64,000 bases of DNA from positions 544,001 through 608,000 of the forward strand of contig JAKFBS010000004.1 of the NCBI GenBank assembly GCA_036677065.1, given 5' to 3'. Below, piece after piece: positions 10,211-20,395 of the stretch. The stretch's first letter is position 1; each line of letters starts with the position of its first letter. Below the pieces are notes generated by a model, which worked only from the letters and a program-made list of their open reading frames with translations, was not told the DNA's origin and searched no databases. Source of the DNA: Bdellovibrio sp. (GTDB lineage: Bacteria; Bdellovibrionota; Bdellovibrionia; Bdellovibrionales; Bdellovibrionaceae). Both the position numbers and the translations under genes were made by a program.

Positions 10211-10342
10211 AAAAAAACCTCACATCTATATCGGACTTCAGAATAGCGAAGAGAGTTTTTTATATCCAATGGAGTTATCTACATATATGGAGAGTGCTTA
10301 ACAAAGATGTGGCATTTTGACTCGTTTTCAGAGGTATTCTGC

Positions 10343-10358
10343 TGGCACTAACGTTGCT
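10343..10358 (+). promoter_or_regulatory. Sigma54 (-24/-12) promoter
   Basis: TGGCACTAACGTTGCT matches TGGCAC-N5-TTGC exactly. Confidence 0.7.
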
Positions 10359-12210
10359 TTATTGGACAGTTGTGGAAACCGAACCCAGCTTAAACACTGT
10401 CAGAAAAAAACCAGATAAAAACGCCCCAAAATCTGGAGCAACAGCAGATAAATCTTCTGTAAAAGTTTTTATAGTCGAAGACGAACCCACCACAATCATC
10501 TTAACCGAAGCTATGTTAGACCAATTGGGCTATACGCCTGTAGGTGTGGCGACTAGCTTTGAATCGGCTATGGCTATACTTAAGGTGACTGCGGTTGATA
10601 TTGTTCTTGTAGATATCGTGTTAAGCGGCACAAAAACAGGCTTTGATGTCATCAAAGAATTAAATAAATTAAATATACCGTGCGTTCTTATTTCAGGAAG
10701 CATTAATGAAACAACATTAAATAAATTAGTGGATCTTGATGTCTATGGATTTTTACCTAAACCTTATGACCAGTTAGCTTTGGCGACAGCTATACAGTTG
10801 GCTCTTAAAAAGTTCAGCCGTATGCAGGATCGCATCTTTGAAGAAGCTGATGAAGTAAAAAGTCGTATATTAGCAAGCCAAGCTTTAGAAAAAGAATTTG
10901 GCATTTCAGAGAAGTTTTATTTAATCAAAAGAAAATCCGGTGATCAAAAAAATGCGCGAAGGCTTGGCCCTTTTTCATACCAGCGGGCTATCGAATGGAT
11001 AGTTGGTCTTAGTTTGTTTGTTGTCGGCATGGCGTGCCTTGGTTATTTATTAAACGAGCCATTTTTATTAATGTATGCATCTAGTGCGGCAACTATAAAA
11101 TTTAATGTCATATTGTGCACTTTATTGTTTATTTTTTCATTAGGCGTAGAAAACTCGTTTCGTGCAACGAAAGCATGGCGACGGGGTTCATTGTTTTCAA
11201 TGTTCATCGTATTTTGCATTAGTGGTCTAACCTTACTGCAATATATAATGTCTACGAATTTTGGTGTAGATGAATTTTTTATGCAAGATCGCTTTGCCAA
11301 TGAATTTAATTTGCCCGGCCGGATGGCGATTCCGACAGCCATTTGTTTTATGGCTCTGCCGTTAGCTTTATTTTTTAACCGTTTAAAAAATTACAAATAT
11401 CGAACACAATTAACTGAAGGTTTTGCCTTGATCGTTCTCTTTTTATCAATAGCGGGTCTGATCGGTCATCTGTTTAATCAAGATGAATTTAATCGTTTGA
11501 TTCCCTACTTGTCGCAATCACGAGTCACACTAGCCATTGAATTATTATTAAGTTTAGGTGTTTTGTATTTAAACCCTAAAAATGGATTAATGTCGATATT
11601 CTCAAATCAGCGGGTAAGCGCAAAGCTGGGACGCAAGATGTTGTTTTCGGTCAGCGGATCATTAGTTTTAATCAGTTTCTTAATCTACTATTATGTGCCT
11701 CAAAGTGAGTATGAAAATTTAGAAGTGATTTTTACTTTAATCACTACCATAACAATTTTGAGCACAGTTATTTTGTGGTCGACTTTAAAACAAATAAAAA
11801 ACGAGATTCACATCGAACAAACGATCAAATTATTAAAAAATCGTGAACGTGAACTTCAATTTGTATTGAAGCGTGTGCCATACCCGGTGGCCGTTTTGGA
11901 TAAAGACTTACGCTATGTTTTAGTGAGTCGTAAGTGGATTGAAGACTTTAACCTAAACAGTCATATTTTAACCGGACTTTCAATTTATGAAACTTTTGCT
12001 GCGGTTCCAGAGAAAATTCAAATAATGTACCAACGGGCATTACAGGGAGAAGTTATCAAAATGTCAGATGAAGAAATCGTTGATTCTTCGGGTAATAAAA
12101 TAAGTATTAAGGGTGAAATACGCCCGTGGTACGATATTAATGATCAAATTTCCGGGATTATTATTTTTTATGAAAACTCTATTTTTTTACCAGCGGATCC
12201 ACTTCAATAA
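10354..12210 (+). CDS. REC domain + multi-TM region + C-terminal PAS protein, no output domain (true start probably GTG 10372 or later)
   Basis: IVEDE..VDIVL..ISG..KPY receiver; several TM helices incl. PGRMA motif; PAS (PYPVAVLDKDLRYVLVSRKW...RPWYD). Confidence 0.75.
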   Translation: MLYWTVVETEPSLNTVRKKPDKNAPKSGATADKSSVKVFIVEDEPTTIILTEAMLDQLGYTPVGVATSFESAMAILKVTAVDIVLVDIVLSGTKTGFDVIKELNKLNIPCVLISGSINETTLNKLVDLDVYGFLPKPYDQLALATAIQLALKKFSRMQDRIFEEADEVKSRILASQALEKEFGISEKFYLIKRKSGDQKNARRLGPFSYQRAIEWIVGLSLFVVGMACLGYLLNEPFLLMYASSAATIKFNVILCTLLFIFSLGVENSFRATKAWRRGSLFSMFIVFCISGLTLLQYIMSTNFGVDEFFMQDRFANEFNLPGRMAIPTAICFMALPLALFFNRLKNYKYRTQLTEGFALIVLFLSIAGLIGHLFNQDEFNRLIPYLSQSRVTLAIELLLSLGVLYLNPKNGLMSIFSNQRVSAKLGRKMLFSVSGSLVLISFLIYYYVPQSEYENLEVIFTLITTITILSTVILWSTLKQIKNEIHIEQTIKLLKNRERELQFVLKRVPYPVAVLDKDLRYVLVSRKWIEDFNLNSHILTGLSIYETFAAVPEKIQIMYQRALQGEVIKMSDEEIVDSSGNKISIKGEIRPWYDINDQISGIIIFYENSIFLPADPLQ

Positions 12211-13123
12211 AGTTTTCAGTTTGTTCCCAATCGACGCTGGCTTCATATTTTGCCAGGGCAGCATCGACTCGGCGCAGAGTCTCGAGCGAGTTCTCAATTT
12301 TTTGAATTGCAGCGTCTTCTTCTGGGTGTCGTTGGCGTATTAACTGCACCGTCAGATCGATAGTTTGAAACGGGGTATTTACTAAATCACGAAGTTGAAT
12401 AAAGGCGCGCGCCATGTTTCGCAGTGAGGCCTTTTCAGCGCGATCAAGGTAATCGCGTCCAAGCTCTAAAGCACCGACAAGGCTAAAAATTGAAAATAAG
12501 GTGATCGTAAAAATTAAAATGTAATTATTAATACCCCACAGATAATGAGATGAAATAATTCCGGTACGAATGAGCGGGTAAACGGAAAGTCCAACGACGC
12601 CAATGCCGCAGCCGATGCGTAACATTAAAGTGGACGTGTTTTTTGATTTATAGCGAATACATAAAATGAGCGTTGTTACGTAAAAAATAATATTGGCTAA
12701 TGAGGCCATACGAAATAAGACCACTGTGGGATAGACTATTCCTGCAAAACGAATGGATAGCGCCGTAATAACAAGCGTTTTATAAAATCGGGATGTAACG
12801 AATTTAAAGGCCGGAAATGGCTGAAAAGCAGAAACGAAGAGCTGGTAAAAAGCATACACAATAAGGCCGCCAGAAAAGTGGGTGAGACGTTTTAAGATCG
12901 GTTCATTTTGTAATGTTGAAAATTGCGCGGGCATGTGATCATACATGACCATCATAAATTGAAACGCAAAAATCGCCAGACTTAGATTTAAAAGAGATTG
13001 ATGGCGAAATTTAAAATAAAATGAAATACATAACAAGCATGCCAGTACACAGATAGCTAAACTAAAACCTAAGATGACACTGGACTCAGTGGTTAGTAAA
13101 AGTGAACCAAGCAGTGAATTCAT
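12179..13123 (-). CDS. Seven-TM membrane protein with degenerate HisKA-like C-terminal helices
   Basis: About 7 hydrophobic segments, then QLRDLVNTPFQTI helix; no HATPase domain. Confidence 0.6.
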   Translation of the reverse strand: MNSLLGSLLLTTESSVILGFSLAICVLACLLCISFYFKFRHQSLLNLSLAIFAFQFMMVMYDHMPAQFSTLQNEPILKRLTHFSGGLIVYAFYQLFVSAFQPFPAFKFVTSRFYKTLVITALSIRFAGIVYPTVVLFRMASLANIIFYVTTLILCIRYKSKNTSTLMLRIGCGIGVVGLSVYPLIRTGIISSHYLWGINNYILIFTITLFSIFSLVGALELGRDYLDRAEKASLRNMARAFIQLRDLVNTPFQTIDLTVQLIRQRHPEEDAAIQKIENSLETLRRVDAALAKYEASVDWEQTENFIEVDPLVKK

Positions 13124-13494
13124 TTTTTAATCGCTGTTCGAATGGCTTCACATAAAGCGTTGGCGTACATGGGTTTTGTCCAGATTTCGGCACCGATGTC
13201 ACAGGCGGCTTGCACCATAGGATGAGTCTTTCCGTGACCGGTCAGAAAACAGATTTTTCCGGTATAGCCTTGTGACTTTAACCAGTGAAAGGCATCAACA
13301 CCTGTGGGTTGGTCACTGCCTAAGTTAATATCCAAGATGGCCACTTTAGTTTGTAAAACTTCAGCGCGGTGTTCGATAAGTTCAGCAAGACGGCTAAAGC
13401 TAAGTGCTTCTTCGCCAAGTTCAGATTTGGTGACTTCAGATAGAACTTCGCGCAGTTCTTCATTATCTTCTAAAAAAGTTATGCTTGCTGCCAT
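13120..13494 (-). CDS. Single-domain response regulator (REC)
   Basis: FLEDN, ILDINLG, FLTGHG, WTKP; 4-bp overlap with the downstream gene. Confidence 0.85.
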   Translation of the reverse strand: MAASITFLEDNEELREVLSEVTKSELGEEALSFSRLAELIEHRAEVLQTKVAILDINLGSDQPTGVDAFHWLKSQGYTGKICFLTGHGKTHPMVQAACDIGAEIWTKPMYANALCEAIRTAIKK

Positions 13495-13604
13495 GACGAA
13501 CAGAGTATGTGGTGAAAGGCTTTACCGCGCAACAAATACCATAGATAAATGATTGATTTGTGAGGCTGCGTAAGAATATCCTTACAGTATAAGGATACAA
13601 TTTT

Positions 13605-14816
13605 ATGATCTTAACAGTTCTTACATTAACGGCGTTAACAAGTTTTTTACCTCATTATAAAAGTGAACTTTTAGCTCGTACAAATGGTTCAAGTACCTAT
13701 AATATGCCAGCGTATAGCTCGATCGGTAACACATCACCAAGTATTAATGATCAAGGAGATGTTGCCTTTAAAATGCTCTCTGGTGGCTTTGATCAGGATG
13801 GTGACCACAGTGAACAGTCAGCTATTTGGTTAAAGACCAGCAAAGAAATTGATGGTCGTGCAGTTTATTTTGGCCCGAAAGAAAAGTTCATCGGTGATCC
13901 TGAAATGTTAAATCACGGAGACATTTTATTTACTTTATTTAATGAAGCTGCCAATGACGGCCTTTTTATTTATGAAACGAAAAATCAAGCCAGCAAAAAT
14001 ATTTTTCCGGCAAAAGACATGGCGGCATTAAGTTATGCCCAGTTAACTAACGATAGCGCTTATGTTTTTCGTACGACCGATTCTGAAAATAATCGTGCGT
14101 TTTATGAATGGCGCTCAGACAAACTTTGGCCGATTGTCGATGAAGATGACGGCTACGCGTATTTATTTGGCCCGAGCGTAAACGACCGTTCACAATGGTT
14201 ATTTAAAGCTCGTCTGGGTGAAAAGTTTAATTACGCCGAAGAAGCCAAAGACCAAATTGTTTTATTAACACCACAATTTACAGCCACGGGTGAGAAATCT
14301 TACCGCAAATCAATTATTGCCCAGGATAGTGATGCTGATGTGTTATCGCCGTATAAATCTTTTGATAATAGCCCTTTCTTATCTAATGCCGGCTATGCCG
14401 TGTTTGGGGCGACTTTAAAAGATAAAACCAGAGTCATCGTGGCGGTCAAAGAAGGAAAGCATTTTACCGTCGCGCAAGAAAAATCAGATAATATCTCGCA
14501 AATTGAAATGTTCTCGCCAAAAATTAACGACAACGGCCTTGTCGTGTTTCGTGCTAAAGATGAAAAAGGCTTGCGCGCAATATTTATAGCAAACCCTTTT
14601 GCTGTTACACCCGAGATAAAAAAAATTATTGGTGAAGGCGATGCGATTATGGCTGATCAGGGAATGGCTGCGATTCTTAAGCGCGATCAGTTTCCAGGAT
14701 TTGGTGGTAATATTGATATCAACAATCATAACGAAATTGTGTTTTCAGCCGTCATTGCTACAGAAAATCATAAATGGATTTTCGGCTCGGCTATTTACAA
14801 ACTGCACCCGTTATAG
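13605..14816 (+). CDS. Secreted repeat protein with NxxGxxxF (PSINDQGDVAF-type) repeats
   Basis: Signal peptide; repeated PxINDxGxVxF units (PSINDQGDVAF, PKINDNGLVVF, DINNHNEIVF). Confidence 0.7.
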   Translation: MILTVLTLTALTSFLPHYKSELLARTNGSSTYNMPAYSSIGNTSPSINDQGDVAFKMLSGGFDQDGDHSEQSAIWLKTSKEIDGRAVYFGPKEKFIGDPEMLNHGDILFTLFNEAANDGLFIYETKNQASKNIFPAKDMAALSYAQLTNDSAYVFRTTDSENNRAFYEWRSDKLWPIVDEDDGYAYLFGPSVNDRSQWLFKARLGEKFNYAEEAKDQIVLLTPQFTATGEKSYRKSIIAQDSDADVLSPYKSFDNSPFLSNAGYAVFGATLKDKTRVIVAVKEGKHFTVAQEKSDNISQIEMFSPKINDNGLVVFRAKDEKGLRAIFIANPFAVTPEIKKIIGEGDAIMADQGMAAILKRDQFPGFGGNIDINNHNEIVFSAVIATENHKWIFGSAIYKLHPL

Positions 14817-14931
14817 GGCGTATTGACCCTTCATCGCGGAAAATATCCCCAGGCGTTTTTTTTATTTCTCATTCTTAAACAGAGAGAGCTAAAATGCCTG
14901 CAGATAAACCCATAAGAAGGAGTATTTTGTT

Positions 14932-15333
14932 ATGAAAAAACTAGCTATATTTTTAACGGCATTTGCCATGGTTTCGGCGATCGCCGCGTTCGCAGCTGAC
15001 ACGGCAAAAAAACAAACCACCACAACCACGACCACAGAAAGTAATACGGTTGCCGGTGTTAAACAGGACATGGCCATGTTCAAACAAGAAATGTCTGTGA
15101 AGCTTGAAAGTGCTGAAGCCCAAATTACAGCTTTAAAAGAAAAAGCTAAAGTTAAAGGGTCTAATGTTAAACAAGCCACGATTGCAGATCTTGAAAGCAC
15201 GAAACTGAAAATTAAAAATGACCTTGCGGCTTTAGATAAATCCTCAGAGACCACTTGGATGACGATGAAATCAAAAATCGCAACGGCCATGGATGATTTA
15301 AACACTAAAACGCAAAAATTATTGCGTGAATAG
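14932..15333 (+). CDS. Secreted alpha-helical/coiled-coil hypothetical protein
   Basis: AAGGAG RBS, signal peptide AFA|A, Thr run, heptad helices with a lone Trp. Confidence 0.7.
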   Translation: MKKLAIFLTAFAMVSAIAAFAADTAKKQTTTTTTTESNTVAGVKQDMAMFKQEMSVKLESAEAQITALKEKAKVKGSNVKQATIADLESTKLKIKNDLAALDKSSETTWMTMKSKIATAMDDLNTKTQKLLRE

Positions 15334-15335
15334 TT

Positions 15336-16580
15336 TTAGTGCGCAGATAGTGTGTCGAGCTCCATTTTTCGTAAAGCTGGAGACCAATATGCGATCAGGG
15401 CTACGGTCAGTAAACACATCGTGGCCCCGAAATAAACCGACGGGACGGTTCCGAATAATTTTGCTGCAATTCCAGATTCGACTTCGCCTAATTCATTGGA
15501 CGAGCCAATAAAAATAGAATTTACCGCAGAAATTTTACCGCGCATGTGATCGGGTGATGACAGCTGTACAGCAGCAGATCTGATCATCATGCTGACGCTA
15601 TCAAAAAGGCCACTAAACGCTAAGGCGACCATAGAAATCCAAAAAGTGGTGCTCATTGCAAAAAATAAAATACATAATCCAAAACCAGTCACCGCAGAAA
15701 ATAACCACGTGCCCGAATGCCCTTTTAGGGGGTTGCGCACTAAATATAAACTGGTGATCGTAGCACCTATAGCAGGGGCGGCGCGCAAAAAACCTAAACC
15801 TTTTGGGCCGACCATTAAAACGTCATTCGCAAAAATCGGTAATAGCGCAGTAACACCGCCAAATAAAACCGACACCATATCTAATGACAACGCCGGAAAT
15901 AAGATGGGGTGTTTAAAAACAAAACGTGCACCCGATAAAAGTTCATCTTTGATGGTGGCGTGTTTATGTAAAGTCTCAGGGGCTGGAATATCTTTTTTGA
16001 TCAGATACATCGATGTCACTGAACAGATGAGTAATAGACAAACTAATGATGATGTTACGGTGACGCCGAAAAACCCAAAAATAAACCCACCGGCCGCAGG
16101 GCCAGCGATACGGGCAATTTGCATCGCAGAACTGCTGGTTGCTGTCGCCTGTAAAAGTTGGCTGCGCTCAACTAAACGCGGAATCGAAGCAAAGATGGCA
16201 GGCTGAGAAAATGAACGCGCTATACCTGTTAGAAAAGCAGCGCCATATAACATTCCGGCTTGTGTATGCAGTGATAATTGTGGCGCCAGGTGATTTTCTA
16301 ACAAGACCATTAGGCCTGAAAGAAGACTGACATAAATTACCCGGCGGTAAACCATCAATGGTCTTAGACGGTCGACTAAATAGCCGGCATAAAGGGCCAA
16401 ACCAATAGCCGGAATGGCTTCAGTTAAACCAATCATACCTAAAGCTAACGGATCTTTTAATAAATCATAAATACGCCAGCCAAGAACGACGGCTTGCATT
16501 TGCACGGCCAACGAAAAAAAGAAACGGGCCGTGACTAATTTTTTAAAATCAGAAGGTAATGTGCTAAAGCGATGACTCAT
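15336..16580 (-). CDS. MFS transporter (MFS_3/EntS-like)
   Basis: About 12 TM segments, AGYLVDR motif, DHMRGKISAVNSIFIGSSNELG. Confidence 0.88.
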   Translation of the reverse strand: MSHRFSTLPSDFKKLVTARFFFSLAVQMQAVVLGWRIYDLLKDPLALGMIGLTEAIPAIGLALYAGYLVDRLRPLMVYRRVIYVSLLSGLMVLLENHLAPQLSLHTQAGMLYGAAFLTGIARSFSQPAIFASIPRLVERSQLLQATATSSSAMQIARIAGPAAGGFIFGFFGVTVTSSLVCLLLICSVTSMYLIKKDIPAPETLHKHATIKDELLSGARFVFKHPILFPALSLDMVSVLFGGVTALLPIFANDVLMVGPKGLGFLRAAPAIGATITSLYLVRNPLKGHSGTWLFSAVTGFGLCILFFAMSTTFWISMVALAFSGLFDSVSMMIRSAAVQLSSPDHMRGKISAVNSIFIGSSNELGEVESGIAAKLFGTVPSVYFGATMCLLTVALIAYWSPALRKMELDTLSAH

Positions 16581-16593
16581 AGAATCCTTGTAG

Positions 16594-18306
16594 TTAAGTT
16601 TTTGTCACGTAAACTGTCGCGCGTCCACGTCCAATGCGTTGAATATAATTTTTTTGGTAAAGGACTGTCAGATCACGGTTTGCGGTGATAGCAGTTACTG
16701 CGAAAAGCTTAGAGTACAGTTTAACAGATAGCGATTCATTTTCTTTTAAGTAATGAAGTGCTTTTAACTGGCGCAAGTTAAACTGCGCAGTTAAATGAGT
16801 TTTAATTTGTGGCAAAATATTTTGAATTTTAGACACAGGTTGAATGACTGTTGGTGCGTGCACGACAACTTGAGTGGAAGGTTTTAAATGATAACCGTTT
16901 GGACTTGATTCGATCCAATATTTTTTCTGTGCAAACATTTTTTTAAGCCGATTGATTAAGGCGTATACGCTGGCATCATGGCGAAGGGGATCGTAACTAT
17001 AGCCCCAAAGTTTTTCGATGAAGGTTTCTTTGCTCACTTCACCTTCAGAAAGCAAAGTTAACGCTTTTTTAAGGGTTAAAGTTAAGCATTCATTGATATG
17101 AACGATTTCGTCCTGATCAATAAAGGTAAGGCTTCCCGGAAGCAAGTCCATCAGCAGACAGCGATTGTATTGGCTCGATTTTAGATCGCGCAACAGAATA
17201 AAACATTCTGAATCTAAAATTTTATGAACTAAGTCTAAAGACTTTTCATTTTTAAAGTTTTTGGCCTCTTTTAATAACTGGCCCAGGTGATCTTCAGAAT
17301 TGTTTTCGGTGTGACCGATCCGTTCGTGCAATTTTTTAACTTGTTGATGAATGACTTTATTGTTCGGTTCAAGCAACAACTGCAGTTCTTTAATTTGTGC
17401 CAGGATTGATAAATCTAAATTTATATCGAGTTGTCTTTCAGCTTCAGTTAATAGGCGCAATGATTCCTGTTCTTTACGCCAGTAATAATTAAGATGAGCT
17501 TGGCGCAAAAAATATAATGCTTTTTGTCGGCGCTGACCTACAGCTAGAATTTGTTCTTGTGATTTAAAAAGCAAATGCGCCGCTTTTTTAAGTTGGCCAC
17601 GCAATGTGTATTGTCTGCATAATTCTAAAAGCAAATTACTTTTTGAATAGGAATCTTGTGTTTTCGAAAGGCGTAATGACTTTTCAAGACGGATAATGAT
17701 GTTTTGCGGGTCCAGACCAAACTGCCCGCGATAACATAATATTGAAATCTCTAAGGTGCGGGCCGTTTGAGATAGTTTTAACAGACTGGCTAAGTTTTGC
17801 GCCTGAGTTAAGTTTTTTAAACCTTGTTGAATAAAGCCAGTTTGAGCCTGCGAGTGCCCCAGTAAATCGTAAGCTAAAATTTGTCCCCATAAAAACTCGG
17901 CATTAAAGCTGTGTTTTTGTGAAAGCTTAGACCATAAAAGAGATTTATTAAAACGACAGCCCAAGTGGCGGTAGAAGCCAAAACTTTGAAATAGAAAAAA
18001 GCGATCTTCAGAGGTTTTAACTTTGCGACGTAGATTGAACAGTAAATATAAATACTGTTTGGCTTTGTCGTACTGTGAATGCCTTGTCCAGCCAACACTC
18101 AAAAAGAAATACACTTTAGCTAAGTCAGATGGGGTTAGATTTTTTTTAAATTTCGCAAAATACAATTCAGCTTCATTAATTTGGCCAGAAAAACTAAATG
18201 CACCTAGTACATAGGGATCAAAAATCTTAGTTTTGGTCTTTTGATAGCTTGAAATTATCTTTTTATAGTTGCCGCTAAAAAATAGATTTGCAGTGTCATT
18301 ATTCAT
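16594..18306 (-). CDS. TPR-like + winged-helix (Trans_reg_C-like) + C-terminal HTH transcriptional regulator
   Basis: Helical repeats; LWGYSYDPLRHDASVYALINRLK; NLRQ...TANRDLTVL...GRGRATVY. Confidence 0.72.
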   Translation of the reverse strand: MNNDTANLFFSGNYKKIISSYQKTKTKIFDPYVLGAFSFSGQINEAELYFAKFKKNLTPSDLAKVYFFLSVGWTRHSQYDKAKQYLYLLFNLRRKVKTSEDRFFLFQSFGFYRHLGCRFNKSLLWSKLSQKHSFNAEFLWGQILAYDLLGHSQAQTGFIQQGLKNLTQAQNLASLLKLSQTARTLEISILCYRGQFGLDPQNIIIRLEKSLRLSKTQDSYSKSNLLLELCRQYTLRGQLKKAAHLLFKSQEQILAVGQRRQKALYFLRQAHLNYYWRKEQESLRLLTEAERQLDINLDLSILAQIKELQLLLEPNNKVIHQQVKKLHERIGHTENNSEDHLGQLLKEAKNFKNEKSLDLVHKILDSECFILLRDLKSSQYNRCLLMDLLPGSLTFIDQDEIVHINECLTLTLKKALTLLSEGEVSKETFIEKLWGYSYDPLRHDASVYALINRLKKMFAQKKYWIESSPNGYHLKPSTQVVVHAPTVIQPVSKIQNILPQIKTHLTAQFNLRQLKALHYLKENESLSVKLYSKLFAVTAITANRDLTVLYQKNYIQRIGRGRATVYVTKT

Positions 18307-18467
18307 ATAAGCCTAGTAATTTTAACTATTTAAGATCATGAAGTGAATCATATCAAATCGTATAATTTCTTTTAAGTTAAGAGAAGTGTTTTTAATCCAA
18401 AAACGAGGCGATATTGAGGTTGTGGCGGTAACGTCCAACTTAACAAAACTAACCAAGGAGATAAAAA

Positions 18468-19439
18468 ATGTTTACAAGAATCTTAACCCCAATCGTGATT
18501 GCAATGGCCTTAACTCAAACGGCTCACGCTAACTTAGATTTAATGCGCAAAGAAATGAATGCTTTTCAAAAGCCCATGGTGGCGAGCTTGAAAAATACTT
18601 TAGAAAAAGATGTTGAGTTTACTAAAGGCTATAAAGCCTACCAACAAGAAATGGCCGAAATTCTAAAGATCAAAAATGAAAAAGAAAGAATGGCAAAAAT
18701 CGAGGCCGAAAGTAAAAAGTACGAACCACTTTTTGATCGTGCGATGAAAAAAGCTAAAATTGATCCAGAGCATTCTAAAAAGAAAGCGGCCGATATTTCA
18801 AAAAAATATTCATCAAAAAGAACAAAATACACTCTTTATACTGGTAAATATTTAACATATGTAATGTGGCGCGAAGCTCAAGCTGAGCAAGAACAGCCTC
18901 CGGTAGAAACAGAACAAGAATTTGTAGCCCCGTTTGAATTTGAGCATTCAGTAATCAACGGCGGAGACGTTACTGTTGATTTAGAAGAAGGTAGACTTGA
19001 TGCTCACAGCAATGAAATGTTCGCAGCGATTCAGAAAAACAAAGCTGGTTTTGGCATGTTCTTACGTATGAATTGGGATGCTGGACGAGTGCGTGTATCG
19101 ACAAAACTTGCTGGCGTTCACTATCATGTATTTGCGGTTTCTGCTGGCGGCGGTTCTGGAGCTAAAGCATCAAGTGTAATTGATTTAGTGACTGAAGACG
19201 GTGATGTTTGCCAAGAATCAGTCATCCATGGTGAAGCTATTGCTCCAGTGTTATGGCATGCATCTTTGATCGGCGACGATACGACAGTATTCGCTTGTGA
19301 AATGAATGCGCCTCCGCGCAATCAAGATTTAGCCATTCGCTTTCAAGGAGTATCAGAGATCACGGCAGTGGGTTTGGCTGGAGCAATCAGTACAGTTTCA
19401 GGAAAAGCTCAACCAATCCGCGCCAGATTATTAGAATAG
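18468..19439 (+). CDS. Secreted hypothetical protein (helical N-terminus, beta-rich C-terminus)
   Basis: AAGGAG RBS, signal peptide AHA|N; divergent from the TPR-wHTH regulator. Confidence 0.7.
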   Translation: MFTRILTPIVIAMALTQTAHANLDLMRKEMNAFQKPMVASLKNTLEKDVEFTKGYKAYQQEMAEILKIKNEKERMAKIEAESKKYEPLFDRAMKKAKIDPEHSKKKAADISKKYSSKRTKYTLYTGKYLTYVMWREAQAEQEQPPVETEQEFVAPFEFEHSVINGGDVTVDLEEGRLDAHSNEMFAAIQKNKAGFGMFLRMNWDAGRVRVSTKLAGVHYHVFAVSAGGGSGAKASSVIDLVTEDGDVCQESVIHGEAIAPVLWHASLIGDDTTVFACEMNAPPRNQDLAIRFQGVSEITAVGLAGAISTVSGKAQPIRARLLE

Positions 19440-19445
19440 TCTTTT

Positions 19446-19498
19446 GGTGCCAGGCCGTGTTTCTTGTCGCGTCGCAACCAGAAACACGGCCTGGCACC
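19446..19498. repeat. 19-bp perfect inverted repeat (REP-like hairpin / bidirectional terminator)
   Basis: GGTGCCAGGCCGTGTTTCT ... AGAAACACGGCCTGGCACC between convergent genes, flanked by T runs. Confidence 0.75.
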
Positions 19499-19501
19499 TT
19501 T

Positions 19502-19993
19502 TTACTGAACTTCTTCTTTTTTGCCGTTGGTTTTTACGAAACCAATGGGATCATTTGAAAATATGCGGCTGACCAAAACACGATTTTTAGTTTCTTGATT
19601 GTAACCGTATTTTAAAACTAAGTGCGAGATCACTTTACTTTGATTGATCTCTAAATTCTTAAAAGCAACACCACATTCTAAAGCAATCCATTTTCCAGTG
19701 CAGTCTGCCGTTCCTTGTTCGCTTTCAAAATGTTTATTGCCGTCGATTTCAGAAACAAGCGGCATGTTGATTGTCATTAATTCGCCGGTTAAGTCATCAG
19801 GTAAGGTGTAAGTCATGTATCTTACGCCCTTATCATTTGTAATGATTTGGTAGTTGGTGATTTCAAAAGTGGCTAAGTGGGCGAATTTTTCTGAAGGCAC
19901 AGGCACTTGGTATGTGGCATTTAAGTCTAAAACTTCGTTAGCAAATAACGTTTGAGCAAAACCTAATATAAATAATAAAGTGATTTTTTTCAT
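19502..19993 (-). CDS. Secreted hypothetical protein
   Basis: MKKITLLF signal peptide, YQVPVP motif, two Cys. Confidence 0.7.
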   Translation of the reverse strand: MKKITLLFILGFAQTLFANEVLDLNATYQVPVPSEKFAHLATFEITNYQIITNDKGVRYMTYTLPDDLTGELMTINMPLVSEIDGNKHFESEQGTADCTGKWIALECGVAFKNLEINQSKVISHLVLKYGYNQETKNRVLVSRIFSNDPIGFVKTNGKKEEVQ

Positions 19994-20053
19994 AGGAGCT
20001 ATTTTTAGAAGCATTCGACTAAACAAGCAATAGGTAAATTTTGCTATTTTAAG

Positions 20054-20395
20054 TTAATCGCGGGTGCGAACTTCTAGAAGCTCTATATGAAAGATCAAGT
20101 TTGAATGCGCCGGGATTTTGGCTTTTTCGCGCTCGCCATAACCTAAATGTGATGGGACAAAAAGGGTACGTTTGCCGCCTTCTTTCATTCCCAATAGGCC
20201 GAGATCCCAACCTTGAATCACGCGTTTTGAGCCGATCACGAACTCGAACGGGCGGCCGTGGTTGTGAGACGAATCAAAAATGGTTCCATCTTCAAGAAGA
20301 CCTGTGTAATGGCAAAAAAGTAATGCACCTTTAACAGCCGCTTTGCCTTCGCCCACAACTGTGTCTGTGATAACTAGTTCGGTTTTGTTTTCCAT
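20054..20395 (-). CDS. FKBP-type peptidyl-prolyl isomerase
   Basis: HYTGLLEDGTIFDSS, VIQGWD, GYG, IPAHSNLIFHIELL. Confidence 0.95.
   Translation of the reverse strand: MENKTELVITDTVVGEGKAAVKGALLFCHYTGLLEDGTIFDSSHNHGRPFEFVIGSKRVIQGWDLGLLGMKEGGKRTLFVPSHLGYGEREKAKIPAHSNLIFHIELLEVRTRD

Noticed and set aside
15015..15036. ACC/ACA/ACG-like short repeat
   Set aside because: Encodes a Thr run in a secreted protein; not an independent repeat.
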